64,000 nt of DNA from positions 2,804,338 to 2,868,337 of the forward strand of contig OZ245758.1 of the NCBI GenBank assembly GCA_965227405.1, read 5' to 3'. Within the stretch, counting starts at the first letter, position 1; each line of letters begins with the position of its first letter. Under the pieces are notes generated by a model. The model ran no database searches and was not told where the DNA came from. It saw nothing but the letters and a program-made list of their open reading frames with translations. Shown one piece after another: positions 47,378 through 58,446 of the stretch. The position numbers were made by a program, and so were the translations under genes. This DNA comes from Polyangiales bacterium (GTDB lineage Bacteria; Myxococcota_A; Polyangia; Polyangiales; Houyiibacteriaceae).

Positions 47378-48571
47378 CTATAGAGCAGGCGGAAAGAGAT
47401 CATCATCGATCGCCGGGGTACTCGGTTGATCGCCGACCAACATGAACCCGCCGTCATCGATGTTCAGTTCCACGCGCACGGGCTTCCCGCCAAAAGGCAT
47501 CGCACAACGAACCGCCATGATCTCGATCGGGATCGAACCCGCGGTCGGAACCGGAAGCACTTCGACCGGATTGTCCGTCGCATCGAAGTTCGCCCAGTTG
47601 TGCACTTCCAGCGTCAGGTCCGCCACAAGGGCTGACCCGACTTTGTCTTCCAAGAACACCCACACGACGTCTTCCACGCGGTCGTCGTCCTCGCGAACCA
47701 CGAAGCTGCCACCGGGATGTTCGATCGTGCCGGTGTAGCGAACGACGAAGTTGAACTGGTCGCTCAGATGCGTGCCACCAAACTGGTCGAACCCATGCAC
47801 GTCGGTGATCGCGAAGTCGTTTGCACCGTCGCTGCTGTCGTCCCACGCCATCATCTGCGCACCCGCAACCACGTCGTATCCCAACACGGCAGCGGTGCTT
47901 TCGCCGCGCGCGTAGGCCCAGAGGATTCGTCGTTCGTTGTCGTCCAACGAGGGTCCAGCACCGCAAAACGCATCCCACGCGGATCCTGAGGGACCAAACA
48001 CACGTACTTCCGCAGTCAGTCCGCTGGTGGGTGCAGCCCAAGGCTCTTCCACAAAAGTTTCCACCGCACCGGTGCTGCCGTTGGTCAGCGTCAGCATGCG
48101 CGGATCGCCGTCGGTGATGTCGATGGTCCAGCTTTCGCGTGCACCGTTGCGCGGATGCGGAGGCCAACCTGCGGGACTCAGGATGATCGAGTCGATCGTG
48201 CGTCCATCGCCTTGCACTGAAAACGAACGCAACGTCCGAAGTCGGTTCGGACCAAACGGGTTTCGAATCTCCGCCCACTCGAGCGAGCCGGCTTCGAAAC
48301 GCAGTTCGTAGGCGCGCTCCACCAAGTCGACGTCTTCGGTTCGCGTTTGCAAACCACTCCACACCGACGAGCCCAACGCGTCGAGCAACTGGCGTCGAAC
48401 ATCCGGTGCATCGACGTTGGAGTCCGGTCCGGCGTCGGGCATGACATCGACTGGCGCGTCCTGCCCAACGTCCGTTGTCGCATCGGGCATGGTCGCGTCG
48501 GTTCCCGCGTCCGTCCCACCATCATCGTCACCGCACGCGATGAGCAGCCCCACAATCACAAGCCAACGCAT
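47378..48571 (-). CDS. Hypothetical lipoprotein
   Basis: 'MRWLVIVGLLIAC|GDDDGG', then Asp/Thr/Pro-rich linker. Start at the internal Met. Confidence 0.5.
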   Translation of the reverse strand: MRWLVIVGLLIACGDDDGGTDAGTDATMPDATTDVGQDAPVDVMPDAGPDSNVDAPDVRRQLLDALGSSVWSGLQTRTEDVDLVERAYELRFEAGSLEWAEIRNPFGPNRLRTLRSFSVQGDGRTIDSIILSPAGWPPHPRNGARESWTIDITDGDPRMLTLTNGSTGAVETFVEEPWAAPTSGLTAEVRVFGPSGSAWDAFCGAGPSLDDNERRILWAYARGESTAAVLGYDVVAGAQMMAWDDSSDGANDFAITDVHGFDQFGGTHLSDQFNFVVRYTGTIEHPGGSFVVREDDDRVEDVVWVFLEDKVGSALVADLTLEVHNWANFDATDNPVEVLPVPTAGSIPIEIMAVRCAMPFGGKPVRVELNIDDGGFMLVGDQPSTPAIDDDLFPPAL

Positions 48572-48684
48572 GCGATCAGAGTACTCCCTCTTTGTGGACA
48601 CTTGTAATTCACTGTCGGGCTGCCCAAGGAAGATTGATCTGCACCGGTCAGAGGCGCGTCGGGTATGTTCCCGGCCGGAGGGGT

Positions 48685-50250
48685 AAGATGCGTCAAGCGA
48701 TCGTGGGCCTGATGGCCCTGGGGCTAGTGGTTTCGACTGTTCCGAGCGCGCAAGCGTTCTGCGGGTTCTACGTGTCTGGAGCAGACGCGAACCTGGTGAA
48801 CAAGGCCACCATGGTGGTGATGATGCGCGAGGGCAGCCGCACGGTTCTCTCGATGCAGAACAACTACGAAGGTCCGCCCGAGAACTTCGCGATGGTGGTC
48901 CCGGTGCCGATCGTGTTGCAGGAAGACAACGTCAAGGTGCTCGACAACGAGGTCTTCCAACGCGTCGATCATCTCGCCGCACCACGATTGGTCGAGTACT
49001 GGGAACAAGATCCTTGCTACCAGCCAATCGAAGCACCCGAAGAAGAGATGATGGACATGGTGGCCGCATCCGCGGAACCCATGGCCGAAGCCGCTGCGCC
49101 CGCGGACCTGGGCGTCACCATCGAAGCGCAGTTCGCGGTGGGCGAGTACGAGATCGTCATTCTCAGTGCCGAAGACAGCAACGGTCTCGATACCTGGCTG
49201 CGCCTTAACGAGTACTCGATTCCGGAACGCGCCGAGCCGGTGCTTCGTCCCTACGTCGAAGCCGGCATGAAGTTCTTTGTCGCGAAGGTCGATGTCGAAA
49301 AGGTTCGTTTCGAAGACGGCCGTGCCGATCTTTCGCCGCTGCGTTTCCACTACGACTCGGAGCAGTTCAGCCTTCCGGTGCGCTTGGGCTTGCTCAACTC
49401 GTCGGGCACGCAGGACTTGATCGTGCACATTTTGGCGCCCGAGCAGCGCTACGAGTTGGCGAACTACAACAACGTCACGATTCCGACCAACATCACGGTA
49501 TCTGACGACGTGCGAACGCGTTTTGGCGAGTTCTACGCCGCACTCTTCGACGAGACCATGTCGCGGAACCGGCGGGCGATCGTGACCGAATACGCGTGGC
49601 AGGCGACCAACTGCGATCCCTGTCCGGGTCCGGTGCTCAGTGCGAGCGACATCACGACCTTGGGCGCCGATGTGCTGCCGAGTTTCGAGAACGCGGACAT
49701 GAACGACTGGAGTGTGCAGAGCCGGATGAATGGCTTCGTGCTGACGCGTCTGCACACGCGCTACGACCGCGATGCACTCGACGAAGACCTCGTGTTCCGT
49801 CAGGCACCCGCGATTGTGGGTGGTCGTGAGTTCTACACTGGTGCGGATGGTGCGCTCGAGCACGGTGCCAGCGAGTCGCACGCGAACAACTTCCAGGGTC
49901 GCTACGCGATTCGTCACGAATGGACCGGTCCGATCGAGTGCGACAATCCGGTTCGTGGTCGTTGGGGTGGTCCGCCTTCCAACACGCGTGCTCAGGAAAC
50001 CCAGCCGGCGACTGACCTCGCGTATGCTCCGCGCGGCAACCTGCAGTTGCCTGAGGTCGTGCGTTCGGACGTTCCCGAGTTGGAGCTTGCAGCTGCAGTG
50101 ACACCCACCGCAGCAGCGGAGACTCCTGCGGCATCGACCAGCAGCGAAGAAAGCAGCGGCGGTTGCGCTGGATGTAGCGTCGGTTCGCCCGTCGGTGCCG
50201 GCTTTGCGGTGCTTCTGGTTCTCGGACTGGCGATTCGGCGTCGTCGGTGA
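48685..50250 (+). CDS. Secreted protein with C-terminal MYXO-CTERM sorting domain
   Basis: Signal peptide 'MRQAIVGLMALGLVVSTVPSAQA'. C-terminus 'SSGGCAGCSVGSPVGAGFAVLLVLGLAIRRRR' (Gly/Cys motif + TM + RRR). Confidence 0.65.
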   Translation, partial: KMRQAIVGLMALGLVVSTVPSAQAFCGFYVSGADANLVNKATMVVMMREGSRTVLSMQNNYEGPPENFAMVVPVPIVLQEDNVKVLDNEVFQRVDHLAAPRLVEYWEQDPCYQPIEAPEEEMMDMVAASAEPMAEAAAPADLGVTIEAQFAVGEYEIVILSAEDSNGLDTWLRLNEYSIPERAEPVLRPYVEAGMKFFVAKVDVEKVRFEDGRADLSPLRFHYDSEQFSLPVRLGLLNSSGTQDLIVHILAPEQRYELANYNNVTIPTNITVSDDVRTRFGEFYAALFDETMSRNRRAIVTEYAWQATNCDPCPGPVLSASDITTLGADVLPSFENADMNDWSVQSRMNGFVLTRLHTRYDRDALDEDLVFRQAPAIVGGREFYTGADGALEHGASESHANNFQGRYAIRHEWTGPIECDNPVRGRWGGPPSNTRAQETQPATDLAYAPRGNLQLPEVVRSDVPELELAAAVTPTAAAETPAASTSSEESSGGCAGCSVGSPVGAGFAVLLVLGLAIRRRR

Positions 50251-51872
50251 GCGACAACGAGGACCAAGCAGATACAGCCTTGGAGTCTTCGGAGTCTGAG
50301 GCACAAGCACACCAAGCACACCATGCTCGCGTCGTTCGTTCGCTGCGTCGTGGCGCGGGCTTTGTCGGTATCCCGCTCACACTCGCACTCGTGGTGCCTT
50401 GGCGTCTCGGGTACCGCGGAACGCAGTTTAGTTGGGACATTGCAGAGCGATTCGACCACATCGGATTCGTGCTGCTTCCGGCTTGCGGCTTGCTGTTCCT
50501 GGCTGCCGCATTTGGGCCCAAGCTTCGATACGAAACACGCGCGCGAATTGTTGGGTTCGCCGGTGTCGCAACGGTCGGCATTGCGCTCGCGCTAATGCAC
50601 CTGCCCACGGTTCGCCCGATTGGGCGGCTTTGGCTCTACGCGCCCTACATGCTGCTTTTGATGCCCATCTTTGCCGTTGCCGCAGAGATGTCGATGCACA
50701 TGCGACCGCGGAGTCGAGGGCTGACGTTGCTGGCGCTTGTTGGATGGATCGGTGCGTTCGTGCTGACGTGCACACCGATGGAGCCCGACCTGGATTTCGA
50801 CTCGTCCATGTTGGGTCAATCCGTGCGCGCCATGGGTCGTTACTACGGAAACAAGATGCTGCCGGCGTTGATGGCTCCGGGATACCTGCTGGTGTTTCTG
50901 GGCGTTAGCCAAGCACTGCGCCGAATCGGTAAGGACCGCGACGAAGCTGCGGAGAAACGTTTTCGTACAAGTTGGCTGGCGTACCTGCTTTATCCCGTAC
51001 CGATGGTCGTTGTGGCGACGGTCGCGATGATCGCTCAGCTCGACGACCCCGACGACTTGGTCGAGATCTTCGTTCCCTTTGCGTGCGCGTTTGGCGTGAT
51101 GTTCGGCGGCGCGCTGGGACTTTGCCACTTGATGGTGCTCGCGAACGATCACGAGCCTATTCGCAGCAACCTCAAGCGTGGAGCGTTCGCTGTTGTTCTT
51201 GCCACGGTCGTCATCATGGCCATTCGCTGGGTGATGCCGGATCGACGAGATGCGCACGTCGCCGAGTTGCAGTGGTCGATGGCCGAGGCGTTGTGCGATG
51301 CACTTGAAGGCGAACCGGTCGAAGGACGCTTTCTCGGCGGATACTCCGAGTTCGATCTTCGAAGTGCGCCGTCTGTGGTTGATGCACCCGAAGGCACAAC
51401 GTTCGAGCCGGTACTCTTTGCGCTACGCGTGACTGGCGCCGGACGATACGCACGTGCCGTTGCACTGGGACCGGACACGTTGCGTTGGGCGGCGGGTGGC
51501 TCGCAAACGTATGGGAACGCGGGCCAGTATGAGCGAGCCTCTCCCGCATTGGCCGAAGCGATCACGCGTTTGAGCGACGCGAGTTCGGCGACAGGTTGCT
51601 TGCCGGAACTGAGCGAAAGCGACGTGGAGGGGATGCCACAACCGGCGCAGCGACTCTTGGCGCGCGATCCGTCAGAGATTTGCGACGACGACACGAACGG
51701 CTCCGGACGGGGTCGACGATTTCGCGACGCTCACGGAAGCGGCGTCAGTGGTGGAATCGGCGACTACCTTGCGTTGGTTCGCGGGTCCAACGGCGAACAC
51801 TACATGTTTCGCGGAGTGACGCGTTTCGACAGCGGTCGTTTGTGGGTCGGCAATCCAGTGCCGCTACCTTGA
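50247..51872 (+). CDS. Hypothetical polytopic membrane protein
   Basis: GTG start overlapping the upstream stop. At least seven hydrophobic helices in the N-terminal half. Confidence 0.5.
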   Translation: MSDNEDQADTALESSESEAQAHQAHHARVVRSLRRGAGFVGIPLTLALVVPWRLGYRGTQFSWDIAERFDHIGFVLLPACGLLFLAAAFGPKLRYETRARIVGFAGVATVGIALALMHLPTVRPIGRLWLYAPYMLLLMPIFAVAAEMSMHMRPRSRGLTLLALVGWIGAFVLTCTPMEPDLDFDSSMLGQSVRAMGRYYGNKMLPALMAPGYLLVFLGVSQALRRIGKDRDEAAEKRFRTSWLAYLLYPVPMVVVATVAMIAQLDDPDDLVEIFVPFACAFGVMFGGALGLCHLMVLANDHEPIRSNLKRGAFAVVLATVVIMAIRWVMPDRRDAHVAELQWSMAEALCDALEGEPVEGRFLGGYSEFDLRSAPSVVDAPEGTTFEPVLFALRVTGAGRYARAVALGPDTLRWAAGGSQTYGNAGQYERASPALAEAITRLSDASSATGCLPELSESDVEGMPQPAQRLLARDPSEICDDDTNGSGRGRRFRDAHGSGVSGGIGDYLALVRGSNGEHYMFRGVTRFDSGRLWVGNPVPLP

Positions 51873-51878
51873 CCACGG

Positions 51879-52349
51879 TTAGAGACTACGTGGATAGATG
51901 ACGTCTTCGAGCGTCCACGCGTGTGGCTCGGTGAGCGCGCTCCACGGCCCCTTGCCACGAAGCAGTGCAGCACAACCGGTCTTCATCACCACACTCTGAC
52001 CGGCGAAGTGCTCCACCACCTCCTCCCACCCTGGGTTGTGCCCGAGCAACAACGCGCCGCGTACTTTGTTGGATAGTGAAAGCACCGCATCGACCGCTTC
52101 GTCGACACCACCGTGGTAGAGGCTCGAGAGAAACTCGGCCTCGCCCTCAAAGCGCAACGCGCCTTTCATCCGCGCGAACGTTTCCCGGGTTCGTGTGGAG
52201 TCGCTGCTAAGCACAACCTCGGGCACCCACCCACGCGCCGCGAGTTCCGCTCCAACTTTGGGTGCGGCTTTGCGACCTCGTTTGTTGAGTGGGCGGCCGT
52301 GATCCGTTGGCGCGTCGCTCTTCCACGAGCTTTTCGCGTGTCGCATCAC
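51879..52349 (-). CDS. sixA: Phosphohistidine phosphatase SixA
   Basis: 'MMRHAKSSW..D..RPL...G' histidine-phosphatase RHG-family N-terminus. About 155 aa, typical of SixA. Confidence 0.7.
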   Translation of the reverse strand: MMRHAKSSWKSDAPTDHGRPLNKRGRKAAPKVGAELAARGWVPEVVLSSDSTRTRETFARMKGALRFEGEAEFLSSLYHGGVDEAVDAVLSLSNKVRGALLLGHNPGWEEVVEHFAGQSVVMKTGCAALLRGKGPWSALTEPHAWTLEDVIYPRSL

Positions 52350-52363
52350 GATGAGTTTTCGCT

Positions 52364-53170
52364 TCAGAACGCAGTGCTCCCGATCGCGAGACCTTCGAGC
52401 TCAACGACGCCGCCCACCATCACGTACGCGGTGTTCTCTGGCTGGATGCCGTCAGGGCCGTACGTGATCGTTCCCGACCAGTCGACTTCGTCTTCACTCC
52501 CCAACGCGTAGCTGTCGTACTCACCGGTGCGCAGATCCCACGCGTAGACGTACCCGCCGTCGGCTTCGACATCGACCGTCGCGGTGAACTCGATGCGGTC
52601 GTCGTAGAAGTCACGGACGCCTGTCACGACACCCCCTCGAAACTCATCAGGTGCCGCGGGGTAGCTGGCATAGAGCTCGTCGCGCAACGCCAAGAAGATG
52701 AAGCTGTACTCGTAGTCCCGGTCGCAGGCGAAACCGACTTCGGCGCTGGTGACCGTGGCTTCCCAACCCGTCACAACTTCGTCGAGCGTGATGATGTCGG
52801 TCGTTTCGCGCGTGCGCAGGTTCCAGCCCGCGGCTACAACGCGATCGGGGAACCCGTCGATTGCGGCATTGTCGACGATCAAACGAAAGCCTGCGCCGTC
52901 ACAGCGAAACTGCGGGTACGTGATGTCGAGATCCGGATCGTGCGTCAACGTGGCCGCAAGGGTGCGGATGTCTTCGGGCATCGGACCCGCATCGAACGCG
53001 TCGACCTCAGGTGCGTCGGGCATGTCGGCGTCAGGCATGTCCGCGTCGTCATCGTCGCCTGCATCCATGGGTGGGCCTGCGTCGAACACGTCAGGCATGT
53101 CTGCGTCCATGGGCGCGTCGTCGTCACCACACGCCACGGCGACGACAAGAAGGCAGGCGAAGTACTTCAT
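52364..53170 (-). CDS. Hypothetical lipoprotein
   Basis: 'MKYFACLLVVAVAC|GDDDAP', Asp/Met/Pro-rich linker. Confidence 0.5.
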   Translation of the reverse strand: MKYFACLLVVAVACGDDDAPMDADMPDVFDAGPPMDAGDDDDADMPDADMPDAPEVDAFDAGPMPEDIRTLAATLTHDPDLDITYPQFRCDGAGFRLIVDNAAIDGFPDRVVAAGWNLRTRETTDIITLDEVVTGWEATVTSAEVGFACDRDYEYSFIFLALRDELYASYPAAPDEFRGGVVTGVRDFYDDRIEFTATVDVEADGGYVYAWDLRTGEYDSYALGSEDEVDWSGTITYGPDGIQPENTAYVMVGGVVELEGLAIGSTAF

Positions 53171-54084
53171 GCGTTTAGTTTACGCCGTGTTCGTCGTGCG
53201 CCCAACACGATCGCCAACATGAACACACTCGCACTGCTCAGATCCGTTGCGGTCGAACGTGCTCCGATCACGTGACAACCGCATCCGTTGCTCAGTCGGT
53301 CCACGCGTACGGAACCATCGACCCCAGCATCGAGCATGCCGCCATCGGGGAACACGCTCGCGTCGATCGCACCGGCGTCCATCGACCCCCCATCGATGAC
53401 CCCAGCGTCTGGGTCTGGCATATCGCAGCCACTAATTTCGAACCCGTTTGCCGGGCTCATCTCCAATCGCATGCGAGTTTGCGGACCGTACACGCCATCT
53501 TCGGCAATCGTGTCGTCTGGGTTGTTGACGTTCCACAACGTTTGAAACGCGAGCACTGCATCTTCACCGCGATTTTCGCCTGGGCAATCAAAGTGAAACG
53601 GGTCTTCCGGAATCACTGCGCCCAGCCACGAGCAACCCGCCGCTTCGAGGTGCGGTCGCAACTCTTCCCAATTGCTGAAGTCGATCGCGCGACCGGATTG
53701 ATGACGACTTGAACCGGGTTCTGCAGCCGCTGTGCATCCACCCATGAACCCCACACTTGCCCACAACACGTATTGGTCGGCCACCGTGCGAAACACGGAC
53801 GACACCATCATGCGCGGGCTGACATCTGCCGCTTCGTGCAACGCGTCGCGTGCGGTTGCTTGCATGTACGGATGGGTGCGGTCGGGATTGTTCAGCGTGA
53901 TGTTGGGGTGATCGATCCGAACGAACTCACCCGGTCGCAGACAGATTCGGTGAAACTCAGAGAGCTGCGCGGAGAGTCCAACCACATCACCGGTGAAGCA
54001 CGCGCGACGTGCGTCGCTGACTTCAAGAACCGTTTGCGCGTGGGCTGTGGTGCTGAGCAGAAGAGTAAGAACGAGAACACGCAT
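53167..54084 (-). CDS. Peptidase M15 (VanY/LAS D,D-carboxypeptidase-like) with MYXO-CTERM tail
   Basis: Signal peptide 'MRVLVLTLLLSTTAHAQ'. 'SRHQSGRAIDF' and 'EDPFHFD' zinc-ligand motifs. C-terminus 'NGCGCHVIGARS...VFMLAIVLGARRTRR'. Confidence 0.7.
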   Translation of the reverse strand: MRVLVLTLLLSTTAHAQTVLEVSDARRACFTGDVVGLSAQLSEFHRICLRPGEFVRIDHPNITLNNPDRTHPYMQATARDALHEAADVSPRMMVSSVFRTVADQYVLWASVGFMGGCTAAAEPGSSRHQSGRAIDFSNWEELRPHLEAAGCSWLGAVIPEDPFHFDCPGENRGEDAVLAFQTLWNVNNPDDTIAEDGVYGPQTRMRLEMSPANGFEISGCDMPDPDAGVIDGGSMDAGAIDASVFPDGGMLDAGVDGSVRVDRLSNGCGCHVIGARSTATDLSSASVFMLAIVLGARRTRRKLNA

Positions 54085-55420
54085 CAATCCAGCAACCGCG
54101 CTTGGCGAAGTAGCTCGCGGATTCCGGGACGCGTTCCAGTTAGCAACAGGCCCACGCGGAAAAGTCTCGCGCCAAATCGGATCGAAAGCCACGTCGACGC
54201 CAAGAGCACGCCGAAGGCGCCGAGGATCTCCCACAACGCGATCCCCGCGGGCTCGATGCTGAGCCGAACGACAACGGTCAAAGGAGCACTGAAGGGAATC
54301 CAGGTGAGCAATCGGCCGATCGGACCATGCGGCTCCTCGAGCAACACGATCATCGTCATCAGTGGCAACACGGCGAGCAATGCCCAACCCAGGGTGAGCT
54401 TTTGACTCTCTGGAACACTGCTTCCGAGCGAGCCGGTCGCCAACATCAGACTGCCGATGAAGAGGTAGCCCATCACAAAGAAGATGGGCGAGATCGCCAG
54501 CGCTTCCCACGGCACAGGGATATCGAGCGACGCGACCAGTGTGGCGAGCGCAAGTCCGCCACCAACGACCATCAGTGCCCAGACCAAGAATTGTAGTAGC
54601 CCGGCCGCGCCTAACCCGAGCAGCTTGCCGGTGAGTAACTCATCTGGATCGGCGGAACTCAGCAAGACCTCGACGACCTTGCTTTCCTTGTCCAACGCAA
54701 CCGTCTGCACGAGATACCCCGAGCTGCTGAGCAACGCCGTTAGTAGCAACACGCCCAACAGGAAAGGCACACCCGCTCGAACGATGATCTCGATTGCGCG
54801 ATCGCTCGAAGGGATGAGTTCGCCTTGTTCCGTGGCTACGTTGCGTTCGAGTTCCATCGGATGACGAACGCGTTCTCTCAATGGTTCGTCGACGGCTTCG
54901 CGGAGCAACTGATCGCGAAGCAAATCACGCAAGACGGGTTCAACGGTTGCGCCACGAACGCTGATCATCGGCCCACTCGCGGACTCGTAGACCATGATCT
55001 TCCCGGTATCCATGTAGTCCGCTGTGATCGCATAGACCGCGCCGACACGACCTGAGCGGATTTCAGTGACCGCCATCTCGTCGTCTTCGAAGCGAGCAAA
55101 CACGAACGACTCAAGCGTGAGAAAGAGTCGATTCGTGGTGGGGAGACCGACGGTAACGATCGAGTCTTGGGCGTCTTCGTCCAACTCAGTGAATCGCTGC
55201 CAGATGTCGCGGTCGCGGATCACGCCGTGGTGATCGACGATTCCGTACACCACCTTTTCTTCGATCTTGGCTTCGAGAAACGCCCCCTGAACACCCAAGA
55301 TGGCTGCAGACAAGCCGCTGAAGAACAGAGGCAAACCGAAAGTCACCAAGAGGTAGGTCCACCGCTTCGCCACGTTGACGAATTCAAAGCGCGCAACCGC
55401 GGCGACTTTGGCAGGGCGGA

Positions 55421-55424
<4 letters not shown>
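54084..55424 (-). CDS. ABC-2 family transporter permease
   Basis: N-terminal TM, large extracytoplasmic loop, then five to six C-terminal TM helices. Immediately downstream of the ABC ATPase. Confidence 0.7.
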
Positions 55425-56322
<898 letters not shown>

Positions 56323-56326
<4 letters not shown>

Positions 56327-56757
56327 GGTGTAGTAAAGGCGCGTCGGGCGAGGTCGAGCACGAACAAACTCGCGATGCCCTGGGTCACGAGCCGAGCGTA
56401 GACGAAGAGCGAGGCGGAAGGTTGAGGATCGTGCAGTTGGATGCCCATCAAATTGGCTGCTGCACACGCGGTGAGTGCCAAGAGCATCGCGGTCACAGCC
56501 ACACAAACGCCGATCCGCCACCATCGTGGAAGCTCTTCGCCCACGTGTGGCAGGGCAGAAGCGGACACCAACGCGATGAGACCGGTGGTCATGGCGGTGT
56601 TGCGCAGCTGAGCAACCGGAGCCGCAAGCGAGCCGATCGAAGCCGGGGTGTAGGGCGCTTGCAGTGCGAGAAGCTCCCAGACAAGCGTCACGACACCCAC
56701 CGAGAGCGTGACGAAGCCAAGGCGTACAAGCACGCGAACGTCACGCCGTTGCGTCAC
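56323..56757 (-). CDS. Small hypothetical membrane protein
   Basis: Four hydrophobic segments. Overlaps the ABC start. Confidence 0.4.
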
Positions 56758-57788
56758 ACGAGCTCCAGGATCTTACGCGTGAGTTTGGAGACACCGAGCG
56801 AGGGACTGAGCGCCTGCCGATCCACGCGCTTGAGTTCGGACGACTTGGGCGCACGACATTTCTGAGCACGCCATACCCGAACCTTCAACACGCGATGACT
56901 CAACACGTGCTCGACATCACCGCGCGCTTTGGAGTCGAGCGTTCCGCGCAAACCGTGTTCGTTCAGGACGCGCAGCGCGCTGACTTTGCCGCGACGCTTG
57001 GTTTCGTCCATTGGGACGTTCCAAAGCCCACCAAAGAGTTTCTTGTCGGAGCGCTGCAAGAACACGTCGTCGCCCACACATGCGACCACCGCAAGCACGT
57101 CGACGGGTTTGGGCGCAGTCCGCTTCTTGGGCACGGGCAGCTCGTGTGCACGTAGCCGTCCGGTACACATGCGACGCACAGGGCAGCCCCCGCACTTGGG
57201 CGAACGTGGCGTGCACACCAACGCGCCCAACTCCATGATCGATTGGTTCAAGTCGCCGGGTCGTTTCGCGCCCTGCACAAACAACTCGGCTTCTTCCCAC
57301 AAGCGCTTTTGGGTGGCGCTGGAATCAAGTGGTGTGTCGATGGTGTGCAACCGCGACAACACGCGTGCGACGTTCCCATCGACGATCGGTTCGTCTTCGT
57401 GAAACGCGATACTGCCCAACGCACCCGCGGTGTATCGGCCAACACCGGGAAGCTTGAGTCGCGACTCGCGATCGGCCGGAACCTTGCCTCCGTAGGTGGC
57501 GACGACTTCGCGCACACCCTTGTGCAGCAAGCGCGCGCGACGGTAGTAGCCCAAGCCACTCCACGCGCCCATCACCTCGTCTTCGTCGGCCTTGGCCAAC
57601 GCTTGAAGTGTCGGAAAGCGCTTCATGAACTTCAGGTAGTAGGGGATCACCGTGTCGACGCGAGTTTGCTGACACATGATCTCGCTGACCCACACCGCGT
57701 ACGGGTCACGCGTTTTGCGCCATGGCAGCTCTCGACCATGGGTGTCGTACCAACGCAACAAAGCACGTCGCAGGGCAATGCGGTTCAC
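56754..57788 (-). CDS. mutY: A/G-specific adenine DNA glycosylase
   Basis: 'LLRWYDTHGRELPWR', HhH-GPD 'LPGVGRYTAGAL', 4Fe-4S 'CTPRSPKCGGCPVRRMC', C-terminal NUDIX-like domain. GTG start at 57786-57788 (GTGA overlap with the upstream gene). Confidence 0.85.
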   Translation of the reverse strand: MNRIALRRALLRWYDTHGRELPWRKTRDPYAVWVSEIMCQQTRVDTVIPYYLKFMKRFPTLQALAKADEDEVMGAWSGLGYYRRARLLHKGVREVVATYGGKVPADRESRLKLPGVGRYTAGALGSIAFHEDEPIVDGNVARVLSRLHTIDTPLDSSATQKRLWEEAELFVQGAKRPGDLNQSIMELGALVCTPRSPKCGGCPVRRMCTGRLRAHELPVPKKRTAPKPVDVLAVVACVGDDVFLQRSDKKLFGGLWNVPMDETKRRGKVSALRVLNEHGLRGTLDSKARGDVEHVLSHRVLKVRVWRAQKCRAPKSSELKRVDRQALSPSLGVSKLTRKILELV

Positions 57789-58414
57789 GGAAGCGGGAGC
57801 GTATCGTGTAGATCGATGCTGTCCACGCCCACGTTGTAGAAGCGCACTTCGCCTGCTTCGAAGTCGGCAATCACGCAACCTTGATCAAACTCGCGGTGCA
57901 GCGTTCCGGCGTTGATGACGGTGAGCCCGACAAAGCCGCGCACCATCCGTTGGTGGGTGTGACCGCCGATCATGAACGTGATCTCGTCGTCGAGCATCAG
58001 CGCGCGAAGCCCATCGAGTGCCTGAAGACCGTAGCCCTTCGTGTCGGGCCGCAGGATCGCCATGTCGTTGTCGTCGACGCCGTGACAGAGCACGCCTTTG
58101 CCACGCACGGTTTCGAAGCGATGCGTTTTGGGCAGACCGTCCAGCCAATCGCGGTGGGCTAGAGGCAGTTCTTCGGTGGCGTTGGAGAGCTGTCGCATCG
58201 TGCCTTCAAGAAACCAGCGCTCATGGTTTCCAGCGACCGCGATCACCTTGTGCTTCATCAGCAACTCGACGCAGCGTGCAACATCGCCGTGTCCATCGAC
58301 GATGTCTCCCACGCAGAGGATCGCATCGACGTCGTCAAAGTGGTCGAGACATCGCTCGAGCGCGACGTCTTCTCCGTGCACGTCACCGAGGATCCCGATC
58401 CGTCGCCACGCCAC
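57785..58414 (-). CDS. Metallophosphoesterase (calcineurin-like, YfcE-type)
   Basis: 'RIGILGDVHG', 'VGDIVD', 'GNHE', 'GHTH' metal-ligand motifs. Confidence 0.7.
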   Translation of the reverse strand: MAWRRIGILGDVHGEDVALERCLDHFDDVDAILCVGDIVDGHGDVARCVELLMKHKVIAVAGNHERWFLEGTMRQLSNATEELPLAHRDWLDGLPKTHRFETVRGKGVLCHGVDDNDMAILRPDTKGYGLQALDGLRALMLDDEITFMIGGHTHQRMVRGFVGLTVINAGTLHREFDQGCVIADFEAGEVRFYNVGVDSIDLHDTLPLP

Positions 58415-58446
58415 GGGTTGAGACTAACAGATGCTACGCTGCGCGC

